Positions 12,379 to 24,226 are shown, numbered from the stretch's first letter. The stretch is 36,698 nucleotides of DNA from Octopus bimaculoides (GCF_001194135.2 NC_068981.1:164756784-164793481), one strand, 5' to 3'. Made by a program: numbers and translations. Notes: generated from the sequence alone by a model not told the origin.

Positions 12379-12795
12379 TTATGCACTATATATGTATGTA
12401 ATGGACTCTCCCGTCTGTTTCGAAGTATGAGGATCTGACAACCTAGTCTTTCTTTGTTTGTCATAATATTTATGTCCAGCATGACATTTGAGTCCTGCCA
12501 AAGATTTGCGACGAAACCCGCAAATGTTGCAAGTATGTGGATTAATGGTCAGTGCAGGCAGTAGATTTGCAGTCCCTTTTCTCCTTTTTCTTGCACCCCT
12601 AAGCCTGCTAATGCTGGTAGCAACAATGTTTCTTATACCATTTTGACACAACGGTCTCCATTTCGTTCGGCCTAAGGCTGTTTGCCCAAAGATGTTCTGT
12701 GCTATATTGATTACTCTGAGGTTACTTTGTAGCTTGTCCTTGTATCTGAGCTATGGTCGACCAACATTCCTGTGCCCACTATCAAGCTGCCTGTA
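12379..12795 (-). mobile_element. RTE-clade LINE, 3' end of ORF (5'-truncated, stop-containing)
   Basis: YRQLDSGHRNVGRP*LRYKDKLQSNL...GRTKWRPLCQNG...HTCNICGFRRKSLAGLKCH matches the RTE C-terminal GRPxLRYKD / DRxxWR motifs and the terminal C2H2-like motif. Confidence 0.85.
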
Positions 12796-12874
12796 CATTA
12801 TACAGGCATTATACGTTATATATGTATGTATAAGTATATATAATTACACACACACATGAATACATTTTACATAC

Positions 12875-12958
12875 AACAGGCTCCCACGCACTTGCTTCCA
12901 CTAAATTCAATCATATGGCATTAGTCCGTTCGAGGCTGTAGTAGACGACACTTTCCTA
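12875..12958 (-). mobile_element. SINE family A degenerate fragment
   Basis: cgaggctgtagtagacgacactt resembles the reverse complement of the SINE-A body. Confidence 0.55.
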
Positions 12959-13304
12959 TCGAATATATATATATATATATATANNNNNNNNNNNNNNNNN
13001 NNNNNNNATATATATAATATAAATAATATATAAATATATGCATATATACATACATATATGTACATACCTACATATATATGCATATATACATACGTATATG
13101 GGTACAGGACATCAAAAAACAACGTGAACAAAATAAGAAACGAGATCATAAAAAACCAAAACATAGAAAACGAACTTTTTTTCGATCAACGAAAGAAACA
13201 AATAGAGAAACGAGACAGGCAACATAAAGAACACTCCCTTCATCAGTTGTTCCCATATATATGTGTGTGTGTGTGCACGTGTGTGGGTGCGCGTGTGTGT
13301 GCGC

Positions 13305-13358
13305 GTGTGTTTGTCCCCGCCAACATCGCTTGACAACCGATGCTGGTGTGTTAGATAG
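13305..13358 (+). mobile_element. SINE family A fragment (post-microsatellite block)
   Basis: gtttgtccccgccaacatcgcttgacaaccgatgctggtgtgtt is shared with 21806-21840 and the reverse complement of 20118-20151. Confidence 0.85.
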
Positions 13359-14134
13359 CCGTGTAAGGAATAGAAGTATCCATTACACTACCACTATATT
13401 ACCTATGTTTAACCATGGGCATACATATGCAAGCATATTATGTTCATAAATTATAGGTAAAGACAAGGATAAACATGAGTTTATCAAGAATCAAAATTTT
13501 CTGTTTACTTTATATATATGTATATATGGATAAATAACGAGATAGATCGGTACATAAACACACACATACACGAACACAATGGCATTTCCGTAGCTTTAGG
13601 CATGGGAAAATCATGGTTGCACGGAGGCAGTTGTGATCCTTCTGTACCTTACATAGATGAGTCTCCTGTTGAGGTTCCAAATTGTTGAAGTTGCTGCTTT
13701 TTTTTTGGCATCGCTAATGCAGGAACATGATCATTTTACGTATCATTTTGTTCTATTTTCTCATATTTTTTTCTGTCTTTTATTTATATATTTACTTTGG
13801 GCTGTTGCTAGGTCACCCTAAAATTTAAAGAAGGAATTATTATTATATGCATATACGCATATGCAATGATTTTATTGTTTCACTCTTATCAGTTGATTGC
13901 TGTTACAAAATGAGAGATCTACACATCAATGAATGAAGGCGATAAAGAACTCATTTGCCACTCACAAGCTATCTATAGTTGAATATGCAGCGAAATATCA
14001 GAATGATACGAACAGAAGCTACCTTAACTGTTGGATTTATTTCAGAACATTTTCAACTAGATTTATCTAGTTAAAGGATACCTGCAAGTACATAGATGTT
14101 TCATAATATATATGAATATATAGAAGCACAGAAA

Positions 14135-14152
14135 GATAAATAGATAGATATT

Positions 14153-14226
<74 letters not shown>

Positions 14227-14550
14227 CATATATTTATACGTATACATTTATACATATACATACATACATATATTTATGTATGTACGTGTATATATTTGAG
14301 AATTTATGTATGTACATACACACACATATATATAAATATATATGCATATATATGTATGTATGTATATATATATATGTGTGCGCGAGAAAATATATATATA
14401 TATATGTATGTATATATATATATATGTATGTGCGAGAAAATATATATATATATATATATATACATATATATACATATATATATATGTATGTATGTATGCA
14501 TGTATGTATACATATACGCTACTTATTTTGCATATATATATATATATATA
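14135..14550. repeat. (TAGA)n followed by compound TA/TATG microsatellite
   Basis: Directly visible. Confidence 0.95.
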
Positions 14551-14993
14551 TGCCTGGGACTTAACGGCTAATGGTTTAGTAGGACATACATAACGTTCGT
14601 CGATGATCTTTCAGATGTGCTTCATGCATCGTATTTGATGATCATAGAAAGATTTTAAGTGTGTGATGGTTTACGACATGTATTTATGAATCATTAGTTG
14701 TTTCATTATAAGTATACACTCCACACGATATATTCAGTGCTGTTCTCTTTAGTTTATCCACATAAACCTGCAAGTGTGCGCGTGTGATATATATATATGT
14801 GCGCATATGTGCTTGTGTGTATGTGTACGTTTAGGTATGAAAACCGATGAAGACTGTACTCGACGTGTTTGTGTAGAGTTTATATTTGAAGGTAGACAGC
14901 TAATAACTTCAAGTTTCACAATCAAGTTGTCTATGATCTTTCTGATGCTTTTCAATCATGGAAGATCACAGATTTATATATTATATAACTATC

Positions 14994-14998
<5 letters not shown>

Positions 14999-15049
<51 letters not shown>

Positions 15050-15291
15050 NNNNNNNNNNNNNNNNNNNNNNNNNNNNNNNNNNNNNNNNNNNNNNNNNNN
15101 NNNNNNNNNNNNNNNNNNNNNNNNNNNNNNNNNNNNNNNNNNNNNNNNNNNNNNNNNNNNNNNNNNNNNNNNNNNNNNNNNNNNNNNNNNNNNNNNNNNN
15201 NNNNNNNNNNNNNNNNNNNNNNNNNNNNNNNNNNNNNNNNNNNNNNNNNNNNNNNNNNNNNNNNNNNNNNNNNNNNNNNNNNNNNNNNNNN

Positions 15292-15322
<31 letters not shown>

Positions 15323-15365
15323 CGCACGCACACACACGAACGCACGCACACACGCACGCACACAA
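14999..15365. repeat. (CA)n microsatellite spanning a gap
   Basis: Directly visible. Confidence 0.96.
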
Positions 15366-16004
15366 ATTCATGTATATATATATACTTACATAAATACGTT
15401 CATCCATACATGCAAACCTTTGCAACTAAGGTGCTAGATTAATTCTTGGTAATGATAGAAGCCAAACTGCATACCTAATCCAGGGTCCCCCGTATAGGTT
15501 TACAGTTTCTTGAATTCTTTTTCTGTTTTACAGAACTGACTTATGTTTTTACTACTTTCAGCTGGAGAGCTGTGGCTATGCTGGGGTACCAATTCTTTAA
15601 ATCTATTTGTTGAAGACTCAGATTTTGCAGATGATATTAACAACTAGATATACATTCTCTACTATCATAAAATAAAAACCATGTACATCTCTACCATCTG
15701 TAACTAAATGGGAAAATGAAACTGGTCAATAATTTGATTCCCCTAGAACACGAGTCATTCATTTCCACAGCCCAGAATATTTCAATTAAATGTGTGATGA
15801 AATATCATATATTTAAGTAACCAGCCAAAAGAACATGCAGATTGCTGCTATCTTGTTCCGATTTCAAATAAAAACTCCTCTCAAGTTTTCATTGAAAAAA
15901 ATATTATCTCATTACTGAGCGCTAGTTAAAGTTATATGTATGTCTCTCTATATATACATACATACATACACACACAGACACACACACCTCTCTCTATATA
16001 TATA

Positions 16005-16502
16005 TATGGTGGGACAGAGAGGACGGACGTTTTTGAAAAAATCACAAAATCGTTAATTTTAGCCGAAAACAAATTTTATTGACATTAATGTGTTTGTATT
16101 GAATTAGCATTTGTCAAAATCAAGTATGGGAAACAACATCCATCATGTGGTATCTGTTTTTATTGGTGCATTTGTGATGGCGTCTGGGGTCCATACCGTT
16201 TGTGGCGCTCTCACCGGTTTCCTACTCATTAGTGTACCTCGTATACGAAGTGCATTCACCCAACGTAAGTTTGTGTTACGGGTGAGAACAGCCTGATTTC
16301 GGTGAGTGCTGAAGTGGGGCCGATGCTCACGCTCAACTACTGTGACAGACTCATTATTCTTCACGTAACTGTCATAGACAAACACGCAATGCGCTATCAT
16401 TCACAGCGCCATGCCGTCACCTGAAAAGAAAGAAAAAATGCTAAGACACCACGGACGGAATGGCACCTGTCGGACATACGTCCTTCCTTCTGGGACTGAG
16501 TA
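16005..16502 (-). mobile_element. Internally deleted DD41D-type mariner (non-autonomous, about 500 bp)
   Basis: ATG at 16412: MAL*MIAHCVFVYDSYVKNNESVTVVEREHRPHFSTHRNQAVLTRNTNLRWVNALRIRGTLMSRKP (DUF4817-like HTH), fused near 16180 to the C-terminal KCTNKNRYHMMDVVSHT* (stop 16120-16122). Imperfect TIRs (cagagaggacggacgt vs cagaaggaaggacgt) with flanking TA. Confidence 0.8.
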
Positions 16503-17339
16503 ATAACGATTTCAAAAACGTCCCCTCTCTCTGCCCCACCTTGTATATATATACGTATATACATATAAATACGTGTGTGTGTGTGTATGTTTGTGTGTAA
16601 GAGTGTGTGTGTATGTGTGTGTGTGCGTGCGTGTGTGTATATATACTACCAAATATATAAACCTCTGAGTTTGTATAATAAAATAGTTTTCAACTCCCAA
16701 ATTTTGTTTGAAAGTTGAGTATGTGGAGATACGTGAACCCGCAATCATAAAGCAAGGAAAATTTTCGTACTTCATTTAAGGACAACTGTATTAATTTGTT
16801 TTTGGTCTACTCACGAAGCTACTTTTTCTGAAGCAGTGGTAGCTCCCACGCATTCGCTAATAGGAGAATCTTGAAAGTGAATATTGCATGCTGCTGTGTT
16901 TAAACAAAAAAAGAAAGAAAAAGAAAAAAATGTTGTACATTAAATACTTCCAAAATAACTATGAAAAAAACCAAACGAGGTAGCAAAAGAAGTGCATGAC
17001 AACATTACACATTTGTTTAAGAACTTGGCCAGTTATACGAATTTGTCATATTCAGACAATGCATTAAGGTGTAGGGCAACTTGAACTTTACAGAGTTATA
17101 ACACAAGAATTAGCTTTAGATTACAACATGATTTTAATATATCTGATGCATATTCGAGGGGACTGATAACATTATGAGGTTCTGCTTAGGAAATACTATG
17201 GGGAAAAGTTTTCTATTTACCGATATTTTATTGAACCTAGAACTAATTTAATCAAGAAAAAGAGATCTGTTTTTGTTTTGTAAATTGAGATTGTTTTGGT
17301 AAAAAGAGAGAGTTTTACTAAAAACGGGTAATTATATAT

Positions 17340-18102
17340 CAGGAAATAAGAAACTAGTAACAATGATACCAGGTCATACAGATATTAAGAAAACGGGAAA
17401 GCAAATATCGGTAAATAGAAAACCTTTTTCATATAGTATTTCTTTATCAGAATCAGCGGAAGAAGGAGTACGAAAAGAAATAATAGATATAGTCTATATT
17501 TCAAATCGATTACAAGTTAAATCACTCAACAAAAGCATAATTAGTCAAAGGTGGAAAAAATACTGAGAAGAATCGATAAATACTATCGAACATTACTCCT
17601 CCGATATCTAAACCAGATCTCTCAGCGTAGAGAGCGCATCAATACTGAACAAATTAAACAAAGAATTCGTTGGCTTCGAACGAGCCGTATTCCTTCAAAC
17701 GATATTCAATCACAGACAGGCTTGTTATGGAATCACCTTTATGTTTTTGTGAATACTATTCACAAACTTTATGGTATTATTCGTTCTAAAGCAAAAATTA
17801 CCAGTCTTAGAGAGAGGACATTTTAAAACTGGTCTTAAAGCTTCCAAGGTGGGAGATGCCATTCATTTTAAAGGTTATACCAACCACAAACAAGAGCTCG
17901 TAATTCATGGAGATTACAAAAAGATTTAATGGAAACATTTAATATTTCTTCATCTCTGTTTTTACCCTTTTTTTATTTCTAGTTTCTATTATCTTTTTGT
18001 TTCTTCTTTTATATAAGGGGTATTATATACCTTTCTCATTCCGTCATGGCTTATCAGCTTTACACGGACACTTAAATTGATTAACTAAATAAATACAAAC
18101 AA
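17340..18102 (+). mobile_element. Heavily decayed I-group LINE (I/Nimb/Ingi-like) ORF2 3' end: RNase H tail, CCHC knuckle, 3' UTR
   Basis: KLVTMIPGHTDI-(shift)-ENGKANIGK resembles WIPGHxGIxGNExADxxAK. SIISQRWKKY* resembles IxxxWQxxW. SPLCFCEYYSQTLWYYSF*SKNY..RE resembles the CCHC motif. Ends in an A-rich tail. Confidence 0.55.
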
Positions 18103-18549
18103 TAGACGAAAGCTACCTGATAGACCTTACACACATATATATGCTATATATCTATATAAATGAATAGATAGCATATATATATTTCAAAATGTAATGTGCG
18201 TGTGTATGTGTGCGTCGGTTGGTGGTTATGATGAAACTTGGTATTTAACTCGATGCCACGTATTGCGTTCTCTATTTACTCTATATTGTATTTATACATA
18301 AATACAAACATTTATATCTCTATATAAACATATATGCATGTATGTATGTATGTATGTATATATATATAAACATATATGTATGTTTGTGTGTATATATATG
18401 TGTGTGTGTGTTTTGTGTGTATGTATGTATGTGTGTGTGTATTGACACTACATTCACGATACTACTTTCACTCAAAAACTCCCTTTATCTTGCTCTCACA
18501 TCTTATCTACTAACCTTTCCCTGTCCTTTTGCTCACTCCACAGATCCCT

Positions 18550-18554
<5 letters not shown>

Positions 18555-18595
<41 letters not shown>

Positions 18596-18596
18596 C
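18555..18596. repeat. (ACT)n microsatellite
   Basis: Directly visible. Confidence 0.97.
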
Positions 18597-19044
18597 TCAC
18601 TCCAGTTGTCCCCTTCTTCATGTTCCACCACTCACATTCCAGCATCCCTCACTTTCTCGTTCTACTTTATCGTTATTATCTTCCATTCTCTTCTCTCCAT
18701 AACTCTGTCGCTTTCATTAATTTAATTGTTAATAATGTCTGGCAGAAGATTTGCTAGAGAAATGCGCCACCTCCAGAAATGGAATAACACTGTTGTGTTG
18801 TAAACGTGGTAGGGTGTGGGCATTGGGATTGAAGTATTTTGCGGTGTTGGCGGTGCGGTGTTGTTGTATGATGTGTGGAATAGTGTGGTGGTGGGGGGTG
18901 CTGTGTGATGTGTTTCGGTGTTGTCTGGTGTTGCCGTTCGTGATATTGATTGGAAAGGTAACTCTTGCCAAAATAATTACGAAGACGACTTGCCAAAACC
19001 ACTACGAAAGAATTCAGTATGAACCCAACATACTACCAACACCA

Positions 19045-19143
19045 TCATCATCATCATCAACTTCATCTCCATTATCGTCCTGTTTATTTTGATCATGATC
19101 TTACTCCCCACTTCCCGTCGTCGTCGTCGTCGTCTTGGTCATC

Positions 19144-19174
<31 letters not shown>

Positions 19175-19225
19175 TCATCATAATCATCATCATTATCATC
19201 GTTGTCGTCGTCATCATCATCATCT
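19045..19225. repeat. Compound (CAT)n/(CGT)n microsatellite
   Basis: Directly visible. Confidence 0.93.
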
Positions 19226-19815
19226 ATGGTTTTTCTAATCTAGTTTATAAGCTCAAATCTAGTCGCTAGCCACCGTTGCCATTAACACGAGTTTGTACAC
19301 GACAAAATTATATATACCAGTAATTTATTGTGATCGTATTCATTGGTTGGTTATAGCCTTAAAAAAAAAAAACTTTTTAACACTTCTATGCATCATCGTC
19401 GACGTCATCATCATAATCATCATGATGAACATCATCATCGAAAACAAAGGCAGTAAGCTTTACAGCTACTACTGCTACAAAATTCGAGCTAACGCATGAG
19501 CTTCATTGTGGTCGCTCGACCAGCCAAACCGATTTCACATTACAGTTTTACTGAAGAGATAAATAATCAAGGTTACAATACTGGCTGTTATTGACATGTT
19601 GTTTGAGTTCTAATTCTATTTGAGCATTTTTTTTTTTTGAGTTCTGTAAAACAAGATTTCTGTACTATACCTACTTTCCGAACAGTTGTGGTTCGAAACC
19701 ACTTTTAATCCACACCAATTTACAAGCAGGAACTTCAAATTCCTGTATATATATATTTTTATACTGGGCTGTTATTTTTATCCATGATCAGTTAAACTTC
19801 AGAGTCACTGTCAAA

Positions 19816-19901
19816 TTAACCTTTCCCTGCCACTGCCCTGTTACTAGAGCGGAGAAAGCTCATGTGGTGACATGATGCACCTACAGTATGGTAAAGGTTA
19901 A
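19816..19901. mobile_element. 78-bp piggyBac-like MITE flanked by TTAA
   Basis: TTAA|CCTTTCCC...GGTAAAGG|TTAA, with TTAA at 19816-19819 and 19898-19901 and short imperfect TIRs. Confidence 0.55.
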
Positions 19902-19980
19902 ATTCGAGTGGGCTTTTCGTAAACGTTTGATTTTTTTGTCCTTTAATAAGTGTTTTAAGTATCAGTATACACTTTTACAC

Positions 19981-20147
19981 TTTTAATTGTTTCAGTCATG
20001 CTGGAGCACCGCCTTTAGTCGAGCAAATCGACCCCAGGACTTATTTTTTGTAAGCATAGTACTTATTCTATCGGTCTCTTTTGCCGAACCGCTAGGTTAC
20101 GGGGACGTAAACACATCAGCATCGGTTGTCAAGCGATGTTGGGGGGA

Positions 20148-20185
<38 letters not shown>

Positions 20186-20263
20186 TATATACATATACAT
20201 ATATATACGACAGACTTCTTTCAGTTTCCGTCTACCAAATCCACTCACAAGGCTTTGGTCGGC
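19981..20263 (-). mobile_element. SINE family A, young copy (head lost in gap)
   Basis: Reverse complement matches 21348-21404 at 56/57 nt and 21842-21930 at 85/89 nt. Carries an internal CA/TA microsatellite. Confidence 0.93.
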
Positions 20264-20554
20264 NNNNNNNNNNNNNNNNNNNNNNNNNNNNNNNNNNNNN
20301 NNNNNNNNNNNNNNNNNNNNNNNNNNNNNNNNNNNNNNNNNNNNNNNNNNNNNNNNNNNNNNNNNNNNNNNNNNNNNNNNNNNNNNNNNNNNNNNNNNNN
20401 NNNNNNNNNNNNNNNNNNNNNNNNNNNNNNNNNNNNNNNNNNNNNNNNNNNNNNNNNNNNNNNNNNNNNNNNNNNNNNNNNNNNNNNNNNNNNNNNNNNN
20501 NNNNNNNNNNNNNNNNNNNNNNNNNNNNNNNNNNNNNNNNNNNNNNNNNNNNNN

Positions 20555-20706
20555 AAATACACCAATACACACCGGTTGTCAAGCAGTAGTGACAATTGTA
20601 AACACACCAGTTGTCAAGTGGTAGTGAGTGACAGACACATACACAAAGACGCACTTGCACATATACATACATTCATACATACATACATACATACATACAT
20701 GCATAC

Positions 20707-20739
<33 letters not shown>

Positions 20740-20751
20740 TACATACATACA

Positions 20752-20785
<34 letters not shown>

Positions 20786-20875
20786 CATAAATACATACAT
20801 ACATACATGTACGATGGACTTCTTTCAGTTTTCATCAATCAAATCCACCCACAAGGCCTTGATTGGCCCAAGGCT
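20555..20875 (-). mobile_element. SINE family A copy with expanded internal (CATA)n
   Basis: ggttgtcaag block (duplicated), then (CATA)n, then ggacttctttcagttttcatc...cacaaggcc. Confidence 0.8.
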
Positions 20876-20913
20876 TGGACAGAAAAGTATTAATAAACTT
20901 GTATCATTTAGAC

Positions 20914-21413
20914 CAGCGGTTCTCAACCAGACTCCATATGGCCACTGAGGGTCCATGTACAATTTTTGGGAGTCTATACAACAAAATAGTAAATCGGGGG
21001 TCCACAATAGTATTTGAAAGGCTCCCGAAAAACTTTTGCTTCAGATGTATGTATTGGTATGCATTGCAAGAAACAGCTAGGTTTCTTTTTACACATAGTT
21101 CAACCTACACAAAAAAAGACAAAATAAGAATTTAAAAAAGAAAATCAATGAAACTAGTTTTTAACACTGAATGGCGATGAATGTCCACCAGAATAAAATA
21201 GTATTCAAAGGGGTCCATAGATATAAAAAGAAATGGTTGCAGCTTAGGAGTGGCTGTGTGGTAAGTAACTTGCTTACGAACCACATGGTTCCGGGTTCAG
21301 TCCCACTGCGTGGCACCTTGGGCAAGTGTCTTCTACTATAACCTCAGGCCGACCAAAGCCTTGTGAGTGGATTTGGTAGACGGAAACTGAAAGAAGTCCG
21401 TCGTATATATGTA

Positions 21414-21454
<41 letters not shown>

Positions 21455-21982
21455 NNNNNNNNNNNNNNNNNNNNNNNNNNNNNNNNNNNNNNNNNNNNNN
21501 NNNNNNNNNNNNNNNNNNNNNNNNNNNNNNNNNNNNNNNNNNNNNNNNNNNNNNNNNNNNNNNNNNNNNNNNNNNNNNNNNNNNNNNNNNNNNNNNNNNN
21601 NNNNNNNNNNNNNNNNNNNNNNNNNNNNNNNNNNNNNNNNNNNNNNNNNNNNNNNNNNNNNNNNNNNNNNNNNNNNNNNNNNNNNNNNNNNNNNNNNNNN
21701 NNNNNNNNNNNNNNNNNNNNNNNNNNNNNNNNNNNNNNNNNNNNNNNNNNNNNNNNNNNNNNNNNAGTGTGTGTGTGTGTGTGTGTGTATGTTTGCGTGT
21801 CTGTGTTTGTCCTCCCAACATCGCTTGACAACCGATGCTGCTTCGGCAAAAGAGACCGACAGAATAAGTACTATGCTTACAACGAATAAGTCCTGGGGTT
21901 GATTTGCTCGACTAAAGGCGGTGCTCCAGCATGGCCACAGTCAAATGACTGAAACAAGTAAAGGAGTAAAAAGTAAACGCTG
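20914..21982. mobile_element. hAT (Charlie/Buster-like) MITE with a SINE inserted in its right TIR
   Basis: Left TIR CAGCGGTTCTCAAC at 20914. The right TIR is split into GGTTG (21235-21239) and ACGCTG (ending 21982). 8-bp TSD ATTTAGAC / ATTTGGAC (7/8 match). Confidence 0.75.
21244..21976 (+). mobile_element. tRNA-derived SINE family A, near full length
   Basis: A-box-like TGGCTGTGTGG, B-box-like GGTTCAGTCCC, ACCTTGGGCAAGT segment, internal (TA)n..(TG)n, tail of AAAAGAGT-like units, and a small internal deletion at 21840. Confidence 0.93.
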
Positions 21983-22039
21983 ATTTGGACTAATGTGCAG
22001 GTAGCTGTATTTCATTTAATCATTTAAATACATTTCATA

Positions 22040-22194
22040 GGCGCAGGAGTAGCTGTGTGGTAAGAATCTTGCTTCTTAACCACATGGTTCCGAGTTCAGG
22101 GCTACTGCGTAGTACCTTGGGCAAGTGTCTTCTTGTGCCGACCAAAACCTTGTGAGAGGACTTGGTAGATGGAAACTGAAGGAAGCCCGTCGTA

Positions 22195-22247
<53 letters not shown>

Positions 22248-22252
22248 GTATA

Positions 22253-22287
<35 letters not shown>

Positions 22288-22485
22288 TCCCCTACTATCG
22301 CTTGACAACCAATGTTCGTGTGTTTACATCCCTGTAACCTAGTGGTTCGGCAATAGAGAACGACGGAATCAGTACAGGAATTACAAAAATAAGTCTGGGG
22401 TCGATTTCTTCAAACAAAACCCTCTGAGGCGTTGCTCCAACATGGCTGCAATCAAATGACAAACAAATAAAAGAATAAAAGAATT
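22040..22485 (+). mobile_element. SINE family A, full-length older copy
   Basis: GGCGCAGGAGTAGCTGTGTGG head, internal (TA)(TG) array and (AAAAGAAT) tail; colinear with 21244-21976. Confidence 0.9.
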
Positions 22486-23031
22486 TGTTTAATTTAAAGT
22501 GTGGCCACGCCGTGTTCGGAGAAGCCAGTAATTCGGATCGGCTAGGGAACCAAATGTTTGTGTAATCGATGATATACCTGTACTAGAAATATACTGCATC
22601 AACTCAATATGCAGTAGAAACAGTGTACTATATCTAGATTTGGCAATGGTTGCAAGACTATACAATGTATGGTAGTCAAATTCTAGATTTAATCGACTTC
22701 CTAATTCCTTCAACACTATCTTGACAAATAGAGCGAAGTTTATTCTTTACTGAGGAAAACTAATGAGAACAAAATGTTCCCGAAATTGTCTGCTGTTCAT
22801 GACGGAATAATTAGAATATTAACCATTGAAGAATATTGTCTTTTTTTCCACTGCATAATTATATCTAATTAAATACTCAATCCATGAAATATGGTAGCAT
22901 CAATTTCATGATAGCTAACCAAAGTATTGCGAATTAACTTCAGATTTCTCTGAGATTATATCACTTTCTGTGTCATCTAAATATATAAACACAATATCAA
23001 ATACCAGGTATATTTTCTGTTACTGCAACTG

Positions 23032-23070
<39 letters not shown>

Positions 23071-24226
23071 CGCACACGCGCGCGCACATACACTTGTATA
23101 TACATATGCTTTTTAGCTCTCTTTCCATGATAGTATGCTGGCTTGAAGGGGTTTTATCTGATTATATCAAACTCAGAATTTAGTTTACTACTTGCTTAAC
23201 CTCTACTTGTTTAGCAAATCGCTAGATTCTCTTTGACGCAGAGGTAACTATCTTGATATCAAAATACTGCAAAATGCCACGTATGAGGATCGAACTTAGA
23301 ACCACAAAGTTGTTAAGCGAACTTCTCAATTGACATACATGTATTTATTTTTCGTCTGCAATAGCTTCGACTCGTGCCAAGTCAAACAAAATCATTATAT
23401 TTTCGTCTGGAAAATATTAAGACAAATGGAAGAAAAATAAAATGTCGAAAATAACAATAACAAGTAAAAATTTTCGAAATAAAAACAAGTATAAAAATGA
23501 AATTAAAATTACAGAAGCAGTAGACGATTTTATGCAGTATTAAAGTGAATGAAGAGCTATTGTAATTAACTAAAATGAGCTGCTGTTGCTAATGTTAATG
23601 TCGTCTGCTACGAACACATCAAATAGATGTGCCGCCATATTGGCTAATCAATGCAGATAGTACTTCTGTGATAATTATTGTCGTTGCTACACTCGTTACA
23701 GTCTCGTTGCTTTCCTCTTATCTTCTGCAACCAAAGCAAGTGTCTTGTTTTATTCATTTAATCATCTACGTCGTGACCAGCAGCAGTAATAGCAGCTCAA
23801 TACATATTTACCATTAAACATGACCAATACTTCATCTTCCCTCCACATCCATAAACATTACCTCCATGACCACCACCAGCATCAACAACAATATATATTA
23901 CTCCCAACTCACCAGCATTCTCATCATCAGTGAGTCAACAAAAGACCCTGCACCTGGTGTGCTTAGACTTCTAGAAATAGCAGCCAAGTCCCTCCTCGAA
24001 TTACTCCTTTCCTACCTGTCTACCTTTTAATATGCTTATCCTTATATATATATATTATTATATATATTTTTTCATAGCATTTTTCTGTCTTAATAACTGA
24101 CGAGATGCCGGAGCAGAATTCCGCCCCGACATCCGAAACTCTGAGTATTATTAGGCCAGCCCACTAATTGTCACATATTATAGATAAAATCCTCTATTTA
24201 CATAATATCGAGGTCTCATTCATTCT

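Noticed and set aside
13600-13688. Plus-strand exon-like frame GMGKSWLHGGSCDPSVPYIDESPVEVPNC*
   Set aside because: Short, with no donor, partner exons or homology.
16990-17340. Initial Penelope-like reading (LRCR motif)
   Set aside because: Downstream motifs fit RNase H plus CCHC of an I-group LINE better, and no Penelope RT motifs are present.
21244-21310. tRNA gene
   Set aside because: A and B boxes belong to SINE heads; no cloverleaf or acceptor stem.
22489-22716. 75-aa minus-strand ORF with nearby splice-like signals and faint hAT C-terminal resemblance
   Set aside because: The best acceptor gives an immediate stop, and the resemblance is too weak.
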